Shown here in pieces: positions 35,887 to 53,496 of a DNA stretch of 64,000 bases; positions within the stretch are counted from its first letter, which is position 1; each line of letters opens with the position of its first letter. Position numbers and translations under genes: made by a program. Where the stretch lies: positions 6,592,001-6,656,000 of the forward strand of contig CP068257.2 of the NCBI GenBank assembly GCA_009914755.4, written 5' to 3'. The notes beneath the pieces were generated by a model. It was not told where the DNA came from. It worked only from the letters and a program-made list of their open reading frames with translations, and searched no databases. The stretch is from the human T2T-CHM13v2.0 reference genome, Homo sapiens.

Positions 35887-36745
35887 CTCTCTTCAATTCT
35901 ATGAAGACTTAGAGTGGTGAGGCAGCTGCAGAAGGAAAGTCTGAAGCTAGAAGAGCTTGTTTCTTGATGTTTAAGGAAAAAAGTCATCTCCATAACATAA
36001 AAGCGCAAGATAAAGCAGCAAGTACTGATGGAAAAGCTGCAGAAAGCTATCTAGAAGATAACTGATTAAGATGGCTACACTAAATAGATTTGCAATGGAG
36101 ACAAAACAGCCTTCTACTAGAAGGAGATGCCATCTAGGATGTTCCCAGCTAGAGAGGAGTTGATGCCTGGCTTTAAGGCTTCAAAGGACATGCTGACTCT
36201 TTTGTTAAGGGCTAATGCAGTTGGTGATGTTAACTTGAAACCAATGATGATTTATTATTCTGAAAATCCAAGGGCCCTGAAGAATTATGATAAAACACAG
36301 CTCTGTCTGTACTCTACAAATGGGAACAAAGCCTGGATGACAGACTATCGTTTTACAAATACGGTTTACTGAATATCTTAAGCCCACTGTTGACACCTAC
36401 TGCTCAAGAAATAAGATTCCTTTCAAAGTATTACCGCTCACTGACAATGCCCCTGGTACTCAAGGGCTTTTACAGAGATGTATAAAGAGCTGAATATTGT
36501 TTTCATGCCTACTAAACCAACATTCATTCTGGTGCCCTTGGATCAAAGAATAATTTCAACTTTCAAGTCTTATCACTTAAAAAATATATTTCATAAAGCT
36601 ATAGCTTCTCTAGAAAGTGATTCCTTTGATGGATCTGGGCAAAATAATTGAAAACCTACTGGAAAGGATTCACCATTTTAGATGCCATTGAGAACATTCA
36701 TGATTTTAAAAATAAGACCAAAATAGCAACATTAGGAGAAGTTGG

Positions 36746-37026
<281 letters not shown>

Positions 37027-37626
37027 GAGAGAGAGAGAGAGAGAGAAGTTGGGAAGATTATTCCAACCGTCACAGATGACACAGGGGTTCACCACTTCTG
37101 TGGAGGAGGTAACTGCAGATATGGTGGAAATAACAAGAGCACTAGAATCAGAGACAGAGCCTGAAGATCTGGCGAGACTGCAGAAGCCTCTGGAGAAAAC
37201 GTGAGTGGATGAGTTGCTTCCACGGATGAGCAAAGAATGTGGTTTCTTGAGATGAAATCTACTCGTGGTGAAGACAGTGTCAACAATGTTGAGATGACAA
37301 CAGATTTAGAATAAATTTAGTTGGTACAGCAGAAGGAGGGCTTGACAGAATTGAACCCAATGATTTACAATAATACATAAACTTACTTGGTACAGCTGTA
37401 CGAAGGCTTGACAGGATTGAATCCAATTTTGAAAGTTCTACTGTGGGTAAAAAGCTATCAAACAACATCGTATGCTACAGATAATTCTTTTGTGAAAGGG
37501 AGAGTCAATTGACACAGCAAACTTCAATGGTGTCTTATTTTAAGAAATTGCCACAGCCACCCCAACGCTCAGCAACCACCACCTTACATTAAGGCAAGAC
37601 CCTCCATCAGCAAGAAGACTGAAACT

Positions 37627-37905
37627 TGGCCAGGTGCAGTGGCTCACACCTGTCATCCCAACACCTTGGGAGGCCAAGGTGGGTAGATTGCTTGAGCCCA
37701 GGAAGTCAAGGCAACATGGCAAAACCCCAACTCTACAAAAAAAGAAAATACAAAAATTAGCTGGACACGGTGGCATGCATCTGTAGTTTCATCTAGTCAG
37801 GAGTCTGAGGTGGGGGTTTGATTGAGCATGAGGTTGAGGCTGCAATTACTCCAGCCTGAGCCACAGAGTAAAACCCTGTCACGCACACAAAAAAAGATTG
37901 CAGCT
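37627..37905 (+). mobile_element. Alu (sense), inserted in Tigger1
   Basis: ggccaggtgcagtggctcacacctgtcatcccaaca... Confidence 0.85.
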
Positions 37906-38141
37906 TTCTGAAGGCTCAGATGACTGTTAGCACTTGTTAACAATAAAGTATTTGTAAATTAAAGTGTGCATACTTTGTAGACATATGCTATTGCACACTT
38001 TATACAGCACAGTATAAACATACTTTTACATGCACTGGAAAACCAAAAGAAATTGTATAACTCACTTTATTGCAGTGGTCTGGAACCAAACCCACATATA
38101 TCTCTGATGCATGGCCGTCCTGTATTGTACACTTAAAATAA

Positions 38142-38473
<332 letters not shown>

Positions 38474-38597
38474 CATTTTTTAAAAAGGGTGAGAATGAGA
38501 AATATATGGGGAGTGATGGTCAAGTTTACGGCATTATTTGTTGTGATGAGTCCTGGGGCGAATACTTATCTCTAAACTCATTAAGATGTATATATTC

Positions 38598-39560
<963 letters not shown>

Positions 39561-39709
39561 ATTTTTAAATATATATAATTAAAAATTAATAAAAAACAGG
39601 TATTTGCAAGTTTCCGTTTTCTTATATGCTTATTATTCTTTAACTTTACATCAGGTTGCTGTGTCAATACACTTAGGAGATCATAGTTTCTAAATTGAAA
39701 TACAAATAA

Positions 39710-40041
<332 letters not shown>

Positions 40042-40159
40042 TGGAATTTTTTTCTAAAATTTACATTTCTGAGTTAAGAATGCTTAAAATATTATAAAAA
40101 CAGAAGCACAATTCATTATGTGTTTCATTAATTACCTCTATTAAAAACAACACAATTAT

Positions 40160-41452
40160 ATTTCAATAGGACAAAAAAATGTTTAAGCAAATGAAAACAA
40201 AACCATGACATACCCAAACTCAGGAGGAGGCAACAAAGGCAGTGCTAAAGGGAAGCTTACAGCTGCAGATGCTTAAATTAAAAAGAAGAAAGATCTCAAC
40301 CCCGGTAAAGGGAAGCTTACAGCTGCAGATGCTTAAATTAAAAAGAAGAAAGATCTCAAAGCCATGCTAAAGGGAAGCTTATAGTTGCAGGTGCTTAAAT
40401 TAAAAAGAAGAAAGATCTCAAACCAATAACCTAACATTACACCTAAAGGGAAAAAAAAAAAAAAACTAATGACAAACCAAGCAAAAGGAAGAAAGTAACA
40501 GATTAGAATAGAGATAAGCAGAATAAGATCAGAAAAAAAGGAAAAAAAAAACCACTGAGTTAGTTTTTTTAAAGATCAATAAAAATTTTAAAACTCACAG
40601 CTATATTAAGAAAAAAAGAGAAATCTCAAATACTAAAATCATAAATAAAAGAGGTGACAGTACAACAGATTCCACAGAAATGAAAAAGATTACAAGAGAC
40701 TAATGTGAGCAACCATATGCCACAAAACTGGGCAACCTAGAATAAATTTATAAATTCCTAGAAACACAAACCACCATACTGCATCATGGAGAAATAAAAA
40801 ATCCAAAGAGACCTGTAACTAGTAAGAAGATTCAACCAGTAATCAAAAACCCCCCAAAAAAGAAAATTCCAGGTCCAGATAACTTCACTGGAGAATTTTA
40901 CCAAACATTTCAAGAAGAATTAATGCCAGTCCTTTGCAAAATATTCCAAAAATGTACAAAAACCAGAAGGGGACATTCTAATCCATTCTATCAGGTCAAC
41001 ATTTATCTGGTTCCAGAGCCAGATGAACAACTTTTGTAATAAAAACACTCAAAGAATTAGTAATATATGGAAACTCCTCAGTAAATAAAGATTATACATG
41101 AAAAGCTCACAGCTAACATCATACTGAATGGTGAAAAACTAAAATCTTTTCCTCTAGGATCAGGAATAAGATAGCAACATCTCTTCCTGCCACTTCTATT
41201 CACCACAGTACTGGAATTTCTACTCAGAATAATTAGGCAAGAGAAAGTAATAAAAAGCATGCAAATTGGAAAGGAAAAAGTACAAAATTTTGTTCACAGA
41301 CAACATGATGTAATGTGTAAAAATCCTGAAATTCCACAAAATACTGGTAGAATAATGAAATTCAACAAAGTTTCAGGATACAGTAACACACACAAGTCAG
41401 TTGCATTTCTATAAACTAACAATGAACAATCTGCAAATAAAATTTTAAAAAG
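40160..41452 (+). mobile_element. Ancient L1 (L1M-type) ORF2 fragment (reverse-transcriptase region, decayed; contains a 63-bp x3 local tandem duplication at 40243-40432)
   Basis: Motifs such as ...ccaggtccagataacttcactggagaattttaccaaacatttcaagaagaattaatgccagtcct..., ...tcacagctaacatcatactgaatggtgaaaaactaaaatcttttcctctaggatcaggaataag... and ...gttgcatttctataaactaacaatgaacaatctg... follow the L1 ORF2 order. Confidence 0.6.
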
Positions 41453-42975
<1,523 letters not shown>

Positions 42976-42976
42976 C

Positions 42977-43195
42977 CAGTTGAGTGTCCCTTATTTGAAA
43001 TGCTTGGGATGTGTTTCAGATTTTGTAATATTTGGATTATTCTTACTGGTTGAGGATCTCAAATTCAAACACCTGAGTCTGAGATGCTCCAATAAGCATT
43101 TCCTTTGCTTGTCATGTTGGCACTCAAAAAGTTTCAGACTTTGGAGCATTTGGGATTTCAGATTTTTGGATCAGAGACATTCAACCTATAGTTGC
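42977..43195. mobile_element. Short palindromic non-autonomous DNA transposon (MITE-like, ~215 bp) inserted in the L1
   Basis: Begins ccagttgagtgtcccttatttgaaatgcttggg and ends ...ggagcatttgggatttcagatttttggatcagagacattcaacc, nearly its own reverse complement. I recognise the type but am unsure of the family name. Confidence 0.5.
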
Positions 43196-44284
43196 TCATC
43201 ATGTATCTCATAAGAAGTGAACATTCAGAATACGTAAAGAACTCCTACAGAGAGACTACCAGAAGCAGAGAGGAGCAAACACATTTTCACACTAGGGAAC
43301 CTCCTATCTCTCCTGGATTCCAATTAGGGCAGAGTAAGTGCTAGTTCTCTGCCAACCCAGGATTAGGTCCTGCAGCTGCAGTGAAAATAATCACAGAAGA
43401 AAACTAAGAAATAAAAAATGGAGAAAGTGAGACATCAAACTAGAATTACTAGAAACCCCCAGGAAGAAGGAAAAAAAATCCAAGAAAACAGAAAAACAAT
43501 CAAACCAGTTAATTAAACCTTGGTGTGACCAGAAGATCAGGGTTTCCTAAAGGAGTGGAAATTTATTGACTTGAAGAGGATTTATTGATTACTGATTTGA
43601 AGAGGAAGAAAACCATGAATGGTCTAAAGCAAAAGCCTAGTGTCTGAAGAAGTCAGTAGGGTGAAAACAAGAGCTGGCCAGAATGTCCACAGATGGTGAC
43701 AAGTTTGCAAAGCCTTTACTGGACTACTTGTGAAGCTAACTAGAGGCCAAGGAGCCAACACTGACCCTGTCCTTACAGAGAGACCCTACACAGGATTCCC
43801 AGATATACATGGAAGGACAACATCTTATCAGGTCCTCTCTGTGCAGATGTGGTTATCATTCCAAATAATGAGCTCCAGCCCCAAGACTGTTCCATCCTCA
43901 ATTGCTTTGAGTGGGCAATGTAGGCTCTCCACAGACGAGCTACATGTAGGTTCTTTGGGTACCCAGATGGGAGCCGTGAAACATAAACCCTCCATGGTCA
44001 GGTCAGTATCTGTTTCCTGCCTTTTTCCCAGCAATCTCCAGGCCTCAGCAGCAGTGGTCTACCTCTGCTGATTCTCATTCAGAATCTAAACTTAGAAACA
44101 ATTAGAACCTAGACCCCAATTCTACCTGAAAGTAACAGAATAACATAATCTATACCCTGCAGCATGACTGTTTGCCCAACGTAATGAGGATGAACTGAGA
44201 GATAATGAATGATCATGACCCTGGCCCAAGTAACAAGAAGGAACTGTGAGATAAATGAATGATCATGACCAAAAAACCCCACTA

Positions 44285-45388
<1,104 letters not shown>

Positions 45389-45496
45389 ATAAAAAAATTT
45401 CAAAAAGCCAAAAGATTAATCAAACTGGAATATTTAGAAACATTTAACCCAAAAGAAGATAGGAAAGAATATATAGAAGATCAAAAGACAGAAGAA

Positions 45497-45790
45497 GGCC
45501 AGGCATGGTGGCTCATGCCTGTAATCTGAACACTTTGGGAGGCCAAGGTGGGTAGATTGCTTGAGCTCAGGAGTTCAAGACCAGCCTGTGCAACATGGCA
45601 AAACCCTATCTCTACAAAAAATATAAAAATTAGCCAGGTGTGTTTCCATGCACCTGTAGTCCCAGCTACTCAGGGGGCTCAAGTGAGGATTGGTTGGGCC
45701 TGGGAGGCAGAGGTTGCAGTGAGCCAAGATTGCACCATTGCACTACAGTCTGGGTGACAGAGCAAGACCCTGTCTTAAAAAAAATAAACA
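45497..45790 (+). mobile_element. Alu (sense)
   Basis: ggccaggcatggtggctcatgcctgtaatctgaacactttgggaggccaaggtgggtagattgcttgag... Confidence 0.9.
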
Positions 45791-45799
45791 AACAAATAG

Positions 45800-46620
45800 A
45801 AAATAACTAGAAAAATGACAGACCTAAATCCAACCTTAGCAATGATTAGTTACAATGTAACTGGACAAATACTCTACTTAAGACAGAGACTGCCAGACCT
45901 GAGAGGAAGGCAAGACCCAACAATATGGCATCCACAGAGACACAATTTAAACACAAAGACACAAAGTATGAGAAAAATATGCTATGCAGACACTAAACAT
46001 AAAAATATGCTATCCAGACACTAATCATAAAAAGCTTCAACAGAGATGTTAACACTAGATGAAAGAGGCTTCAGAACAAAATATATCACCAGAAATAAAC
46101 AGGGTAATTTAATAAAAATAAAAGAATCAGAGAGGATGATGTTACAATTATAAATTGTGCCTCAAAGTGCACACAAACTACACACACACACACAGAGCCT
46201 CAAAGTATGTGAATCAAAAACAACAGAACAAAAGCAGGAAATTGACAATCCAAAATTATAGCTAGTGAATTAATACTGCTCTCTCAGTAACTGATGGAAC
46301 AACCAGATGAAAATATAGGAAAATACGGATCTAAATGACAAAATCCTGACCCAAATGGTACTTGGCAGTGCCAAGATAGACTGTATGTCAATCGATTGAG
46401 AAAAGGTTCAAGCCTGAAATAGTATACAAAGTATGTTGTCTGAACACTTGAAATTAAATTAGAAACCAACAACAAATTGATATCCAGAAAAGCCTCAAAT
46501 GTCTAAAAACCAAGTAATAAACTTTGAAATACCCTGTGAGTCAAAGAAGTATTCACAAGGGGAACTGGAATGTATTTGGAATAAACTTGTAATAAAAATC
46601 TCATTTCTGGTAGACTAAAG
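45800..46620 (+). mobile_element. Ancient L1 (L1M-type) ORF2 5' region (endonuclease domain remnant)
   Basis: ORF 45815..46024 MTDLNPTLAMISYNVTGQILYLRQRLPDLRGRQDPTIW... resembles the ORF2 N-terminus (MTGSNSHITILTLNVNGLN...RLA.WI). Downstream motifs follow. Confidence 0.5.
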
Positions 46621-47868
46621 GTGACAAATTCTTTCCTGCCTCTCTCTCTGTGAGAACCAATTCCCCTTAAACCTTGACCAGACTAGTGACTTATTTAGCC
46701 AACAGAAGGTGACAAAGGTGGTATTTGGGGACTTCAGAAGCCAGGCTGAGAAAACAGAACACTTATCCAGGAGAAAGCCAGTCACTAGGCAGGAAATCCC
46801 ACTCCCCTGAGACCTCATGATGGAAACCACAAGGCCAGTCCATGACTAGCTACACGCATTGACATACCCCACTGAGCCTGCAGCAACACCAACTCCCAAC
46901 AACTAGTGAGCCTTCAGCAACATCCACTCCCAACCACTAGTGAGCCACCCTGCACACCACCCCACTGTGCTTTCACACAATCCAACTTGGCTGCAACTGT
47001 GTGTGATGAGCTGGCCACCAAGACTCTCTAAGCCAAAAAACAAGTAATAATGAGTTGTTTTACTTCAGAATAGATAACTGGAACAGAATATGGCAGCTGG
47101 AAATGAGCTGCTCTGGTAATCAGAAGCTACAATATGTGACACGACTGTGAGGCTGACCTGTAACTGGGCCTCAAGGAGACCATTCATGCAACCAGGAAGG
47201 GCATTAAGACTCTTGGTCAGAGCCTGAAGGACGGTGAGAAAATATCATTGGAAACTGGAGAAAAGGCCTGAGAGTTACGTGCTGAGGGACTGTGGGAAAA
47301 CTACGGCCACAACATGGAAACTGAAAGGACACTGCACCATCTCAGGGATCTGCCTAAGGAGACATCTGGGAAGAACATGGAAAGTGCTACCAGCCTCCCC
47401 TAACTGTCACTGAATAAATATGACAGGAGAGGGACATGATCTAAAGAAGAAGGTTCAGTTTTCAAACAGAATTTAGAGAAAATATAAAGAAATAATTTCT
47501 TATCTCAAAAGGCCAAAGTAAAAAAAAAGAAAAGAAAAGAAAAGGAAAAAAAATGAAAAAGAAGCCATTGAATACCCTATTGACCCTAAGAAAAAGGCAG
47601 GGAAAGTTGGTCAACGGCAACCCAGGCACCGAAGGAAAAAGAACATGGAGAATGACAAAAGCCCGGAGGGAGGAGTAAAAGGACACAAACACCATTCTCA
47701 GGGACCGGGACTGGGTGCCGTTCTCAGGGACCAGGACTGGGCACTAATCACAGAACTGTAACAGGCCCCCCATGGGAATGACCAACTCTTAGACTAGGCC
47801 TGCAGGGCAGCACTTCCCTCTTGCCTCCCACCAAAGCTTCTAAAGGGAAATGTCGACTGTTTTCACAG

Positions 47869-48273
47869 CAGTCCCCTCACTGTGGCTGAGTTTGTGGGCT
47901 CAGATGATAGCTCACAACAACCTGATTCAGTCCCCACTGTGGCTGTGTGTGGGGGGTCAGTGACAGGCCACCACAACTTGATTCTGTCCCCACTGTGGCT
48001 GTGTGTGGGGGGTCAGATGACAGGCCACCACAACTTGATTCAGTCCCCACTGTGGCTGTGTGTGGGGGGCAGATGACAGGCCACCAAAACCTGATTCAGT
48101 CCCCACTGTGGCTGTGTGTGGGGGGTCAGATGACAGGCCACCACAACTTGATTCATTCCCCACTGTGGCTGTGTGTGGGGGGGCAGATGACAGGCCACCA
48201 CAACCTGATTCAGTCCTCACTGCGGCTGAGTGTGTGTGGGTGCAGGTGACAGGCCACCACAACCTGATTCAGG
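47869..48273. repeat. Tandem repeat, ~60-bp unit, ~6.7 copies
   Basis: cagatgacaggccaccacaacttgattcagtccccactgtggctgtgtgtggggggt is repeated. ORFs 47947..48249 (+) and 47957..48262 (-) are periodic. Confidence 0.85.
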
Positions 48274-48289
48274 ATTCAGTTGGGCTACT

Positions 48290-48830
48290 AGCCAGTGCCA
48301 TAAGGAAAACCATTCTGGGGCTCTTGAGAGGGGCAAAGCATAATTTGCATGTGGGAGAAACGTTAATAGTTTGTGGCCAGAAGACACGCTGTGGTTTATT
48401 AAAGACTGCTGCAGGCTCCTACTGTGATTCTCATCAAGAGGTGGAATCTAATCACCTTCCCCCCTTGAATCATGGCTGGTCTCAGTGATGAGTATGACTG
48501 GACAGTGTGGCAGGAGAGATGCTCTGGGACTTCTGAGGGGCGATCATGAGAGGCCTTACAGCTTCTGCCTGGGCCTCTTGGACACACACCCTGGGAGAAG
48601 CCAGACAAACCTGACTACCTGACGCTGCCAGACTGGGAGGAAGTCCGTGCTGGCCACGAAGAGAGGGCTTGGTGCCTGCTCCATGTCCCCAGCCACTAGA
48701 GTCCTTCCAGATGAGACCAGGGACATCATGAAGCAACCAACCAACACCGCCCTGTCCAGTGTCTTGACCCAGAAAATTGTGACATGTAAAAAGAATAAAT
48801 TCCTGGTTTAAGCCAGTAAGGTTACGGGTA
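48290..48830 (+). mobile_element. MaLR LTR of an older subfamily (MLT1/MST-like)
   Basis: ...cttgaatcatggctggtctcagtgatgagtatgactgg...gaggggcgatcatgagaggccttacagcttctgcctgggcctc...ccagactgggaggaagtccgtgctggccacg...aataaattcctggtttaagccagtaaggttacggg... follows MaLR LTR architecture. Confidence 0.55.
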
Positions 48831-49581
48831 CATTGTTACATCTCAGATAATTAAAACCTTGAAAAACTCATGAGAGATCACAAGTAGAACCTTGATCTGA
48901 AACATGGCATGTGGCGATTTATATTGAGTATTAGGTTAAAAATGCAAGAATGGAGCATAGTTAATATTTTACATTAAAGCTAAAACCATAATTGCCTACT
49001 TAAAATTTTCAGTTAATTAGGTTGTCACTTTTTGTTCTTAACCAAGTAATCAACTAGTTTTAGTCCATAAACAGTTAGAACTGATGCACACATCCGTTTC
49101 TCCTTATTCATTTTAAACAGCTATCTGAAATAGGAAGTGTAATATAATCTTTAAAGAATCTGAAAACATGACAGAAATGTTTAAACTATAAACATATATT
49201 ATGTATGTTAGCATATTGTATACATTGCATATTAACATAAGCTAGAATCATTGACATAAATTTATATAAACAAAAGGTGTAAAATATGACAATGTTCTTC
49301 TTGATTTTTGTCTTTGCATATTTCTTTATTGGCATTTGTCAAATGTGACCCACTAACTCCTGAATGCTTTCTCTCTCCCCATTGATTCCTAAGGATGTCA
49401 CCACAGTGTTGGCCAGATGCACAGGTCACAGGGGACTGAATCTCATCACCCCACAAACATACCATTCAGGTTTTGCCAAGAATGACACTGTAAATGTAAC
49501 AAAGCTTCCGTGCTTGTTAGTGAACACCAACTCAGCTCCTCTCCTGTATTCAGAAATCAGGACGAGATGAAAACAACAAGC

Positions 49582-49890
49582 AGGCCAGGCACGGTGGCTC
49601 ACGCCTGTAATCCCAGCACTTTGGGAGGACGAAGCATGTGGATCACCTGAGGTCGGGAGTTCGAGACCACGCTGATCAAAACAGAGAAACCCCATCTCTA
49701 CTAAACATACAAAATTAGCCGGGCATGGTGGCAAATGCCTGTAATACCAGCTACTCAGGAGCTGAGACAGGAGAATTGCTTGAACCCAGGAGGTGGAGGC
49801 TGCAGTGAGCCGAGATCACACCACTGCGCTCTAGCCTGGAAAACAAGAGTGAAACTCTGTCTCAAAAGAAAAAAAATTAAAAATAAAAGA
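49582..49890 (+). mobile_element. Alu (sense)
   Basis: ggccaggcacggtggctcacgcctgtaatcccagcactttgggaggacgaagcatgtggatcacctgaggtcggg... Confidence 0.9.
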
Positions 49891-50749
49891 ACAAGGAAAC
49901 AAAAGTAACAAGGCTTGACACCAGATGAGCCTGAATCTAAGCAAGAAAAGCCCAGAAGAAATCCCATTTTGGGTCACTGGCTGCATGGTAGTAATACCAT
50001 ACACATAAGGGAAGAGAGGAGGATGTGGCTTTCACTTTGAATTTTTTGAGCTTAAGGTAACTTTTGCGTAGCTACAAAGAAGCATTCAACAGAGAGTTAA
50101 ACCTATGATGGAAAGACTGAAGGGGTCCAAGCTGTAGAGAAACAGGACTGCAAACCACAAAGGGCTGAATCAGTCAAGGAGAACTGCAGGGCGGGATGAA
50201 CAGGAACTAATGGAACATTTGGATAAGCTGTTGAGAAGAAAGGAGAATTCAGAGAAAAAGAACTGTCAGTGAGGTCATAATAGGAACTGTTACAGTGAAC
50301 TAAATATGGCCTGGGAAGGACTCTGTACTTCTAGATTTGAGTCCCTGTGGACAAACTGCAACCTAACTTAATAGGTAGGAAGACTGAAAACCTAACTTAG
50401 GAGTATGCACCTGTAACCATAACTGAGTCCTGGCCAATCCCAACAGCCAAACTTCTGCCACTCACACACTGCTGAGTGTTCAGCTGTGTTCAGATAAGGC
50501 AAATGCTGAGCACTGGAACCAGTCCAGTTGTTTCTGGACCTCACTGCTGAGAACGGTAAGGGACCCAGTTGCTTCTGGACCTCACTCCTCACTTCAGATT
50601 TCTGTACATCATGTTCCCTTTATTGTCTATAAATCTTCCACCATGTAGCTGTGCTGGAGTCTCACCAAATCTGCTGTGATTCTGGGGACTGCCTGATTCG
50701 TGAATCATTCATTTCTCAATTAAGTTCCTTTAAATTTAATTAAGCTGAA

Positions 50750-51640
50750 GATTTTCTTTTAATAGATGGTGTCAGAAGTGGGATCTGTGGGAGCAGGACT
50801 GCTAGGGCCTCCGGAGCTATAGTGTGGTGAGCAGCGTTGCTAGGGCTTCTAATGACCCCCAGGAGTGCTGAGGTACAAGAAAGGCACCTGCAAGGACTGC
50901 TCTGTGATGGCAGCAGTGGTCCACGTGGAGCAGTTGCTACGGAGACACTGGCTGAGGTGGGGAGGAGTGGCTGGGGCTGTGCGCTCCTCGAAGCTGGTGG
51001 GAGCCAGGAACGGGTGGGAGCCCCACCCCTTCTAAATTGGCAGGCAGGAGCCCCGCCCTCCCTGGCACAGATGCAGCCATCCAGCCATGACTGCAAACCC
51101 GGGCATCTTTGCACTCTCAGAGGCCCAGCAAGCCCCCCTGTCCCCGCAGGCTCAGTCGTGCCTGGTCCCACCACCTGGCATCTTTCCACTCCCAGAGCCC
51201 ACTCCAACTTCGGATCCAAGTTGAGGCTGAACCCAGGCACAGTCGCAACCCGGCCCGGTTTGTGCAAGCTCAGGGCAGTGCTGACATGCCAGCCCCCTGC
51301 CACCTCGGCCCCCTCCAGACTTTGGGCAGTGACGAGCACAAGAGGGAGGTTGAGGTGGGGCTAAGAGTGGCTCAGCACTGGTCTGAAGGCACTCCTCAGC
51401 TCGAACAGCCTCGACAATGTGGGCACAGCTAACCACAGTGCGTCTCTCTCAGCTGCTGAGAGCTGAACAGACGTTGGGATGACCTGCCTGCAGAAAGGAG
51501 TTACCCACTGCAGTTCTCCTCTGAGCTGTACTGTTGCTCAATAAAGCACCTCTTCACCTTGCTCACCTTCTACTTGCCCACATACCTCATTCTTCCTGGA
51601 CTCAGGTCAAGAACTCGGGACCTGCAAACTAGCAGGGCTG
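50750..51640 (+). mobile_element. Probable HERV9 LTR (LTR12-family) solo LTR or 5' LTR, GC-rich, with CCAAT and GC-box motifs and a poly(A) signal at its 3' end
   Basis: The 3' end ...ctgtactgttgctcaataaagcacctcttcaccttgctcaccttctacttgcccacatacctcattcttcctggactcaggtcaagaactcgggacctgcaaactagcagggctgaaagag... closely matches my recollection of the LTR12 3' terminus. Upstream there is ...ccttctaaattggcaggcaggagccccgccctccc... Confidence 0.5.
51250..51330 (+). promoter_or_regulatory. Candidate LTR12 promoter core
   Basis: LTR12 elements are known NF-Y/Sp1-driven cryptic promoters. Placement within this LTR is approximate; the CCAAT box ccttctaaattgg (reverse CCAAT) plus GC box ccccgccc lie at ~51030-51060. 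Confidence 0.25.
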
Positions 51641-53107
51641 AAAGAGATGTAACATAAACAGGGCTGAAACGCCCCCCTTGCTTGCCAAATTGCAGGCAAG
51701 AAGAAGAGAAGAGAGAAGGAGACAAGAGCTGTGGCCCTTCAGGAAGTCCAGACCTAGGAGCTCCCCAATCCAGGGCTGTGATGCCTTCTTTGGGGCTCTG
51801 CAGTTCCTGCATCTCCAAGTTTCTGGGCGCCACTGCATTCCCTGATACACACAGTGGAAGCTGTTTGCAGTCGGTCTGGTCCAGCTGCAGCCTCACAGGG
51901 AGCTGGCACCTGTGCCGGTACCTGGAGCTGCCCACCTCACTGCAGCTGGCATGCTTGGCTGTGTGCAGTGGCCAGATCCCATGCTTGCTTGCTCACACAC
52001 CCTTCACTGCTCTGTACCCAGTTCACCCTTGGCAGGTGTGGGATCCACACCACTAGCATGAGCCGAGTGGACGGAACGAACCCAGTGGGCCCGAGCAAAA
52101 CACAGGTAAAGGCACCACCAGCCAGAGGTTTCAGGCAGAAAAGTGACGTCTCAGGATTCTGTAACACTTGTGCCCTTTGACCTCTCAGAGCAGCTGGGGA
52201 TCATGGTAAATTCTCTCTCGGATTTCAGAGCTCCATGGATTTGTGTTTTGAGCTCTGAGTTTCTTTGAGCAAATTTCTGTTCCAAACTGCTATCCAGCCA
52301 TGACTGACTGGATGTTTTAGAAGTTATGACAGAAACGGGACCGGGTCCAGGATCAGATTTGATACAGTAGTTAACTGGCTTGAATCCAGTTCCAGTTAGA
52401 GACCTCCTACATCTGAATGGGTCAGAAGGAAAGAGGTAGTAAATGATAATTTTGGAGGGTTGTAAAATTTGGCTTTTGAAAATTCACAGGGATTTTTGTG
52501 TTCTACCCCTTTGTTTCATTTTCCTCGCACACTTAGGTAGGAAAAAAAAATCATTGGCTAAGTCAATCAAGGGAACCTGGGAGTAAAGCCAATATATTAG
52601 GTAAAAATAGGATCCTTAATTTCTGGAAAACTTAGTTCCTTCTGGCTAATTCATTAGGCCTGGGAAGCAGCAAAGTCTTACAGAAATGGCAAAATCTTAC
52701 TAAAGATAACTTACAGTGGAACATTCCAAATAAATAATGCCCTGAAGTGCATTTAAAAATGAGGGTTCCCAAATTAGTCTCATCTAGGGATGCATATTAA
52801 TATGCAGAAGCTTCTAAAAAGATTTAGAGGTGGCACGGCCTATCTGGGAGCAAGTTTGGGTCTTACCAGTTTGACACTGGGTGCTAAGCAAAGTGGCTCG
52901 TATCTATGTTTTGTCACATGTATTTTGCTCTGAGCAGAATGAAAAATGTTAATTTGGTTACTCCAAGCAACCCCTTGGGCAGCATGTTGCAAAGCTGAGT
53001 GGATTCTTCCTGTGGCTCCATGATTTCCATTGTGATGCAGCTTGGCCCCAGAGCTATAATATGGAGAGGAGGGTGACAGAGCAAGAGGTTATCTTTAAAA
53101 AAAAATG

Positions 53108-53400
53108 GCCAGGGGCAGTGGCTCACGCCTGTAATCCCAACACTTGGGGAGGCCGAGGCAGGTGGATCACCTGAGGTCAGGAGTTCAGGGCCAGCCTGAC
53201 CAAAAAGGAAAAACCCCGTCTCTACTAAAAACACAAAATTAGCTGGGCATGGTGGGGCATGCCTCTAATCCCAGCTACTCAGGAGGCTAGGGCGGGAGAA
53301 TTGCTTGAACCTGGGAGGCAGGGGGTTGCAGTAAACAGAGATCGCATCATTGCACTCCAGCCTGGGCAACAAGAGGGAAAATCCACCTCCAAAAAAGAAA
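53108..53400 (+). mobile_element. Alu (sense)
   Basis: ggccaggggcagtggctcacgcctgtaatcccaacacttggggaggccgaggcaggtggatcacctgaggtcagg... Confidence 0.9.
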
Positions 53401-53496
53401 AGAATAATAGATTGGCCTATAAGGTTTTATGAAAAAGTGGGTGACATTTGGCTTTCTCTCTTTAAAGAAGATTTTCAGAAAATATTAAAAAATAAT

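Noticed and set aside
43215-44284. Unassigned ~1 kb block between the MITE and the L1 3' end; considered an L1 ORF2 continuation or an LTR
   Set aside because: I could not match it convincingly to L1 ORF2 or to any LTR architecture from memory. It is left unannotated rather than guessed.
46620-47868. Possible processed pseudogene or LTR (AATAAA at ~47415 followed by A-rich tract 47515-47560)
   Set aside because: There is no recognisable protein homology in any frame and no clear LTR termini. Evidence is insufficient for a call.
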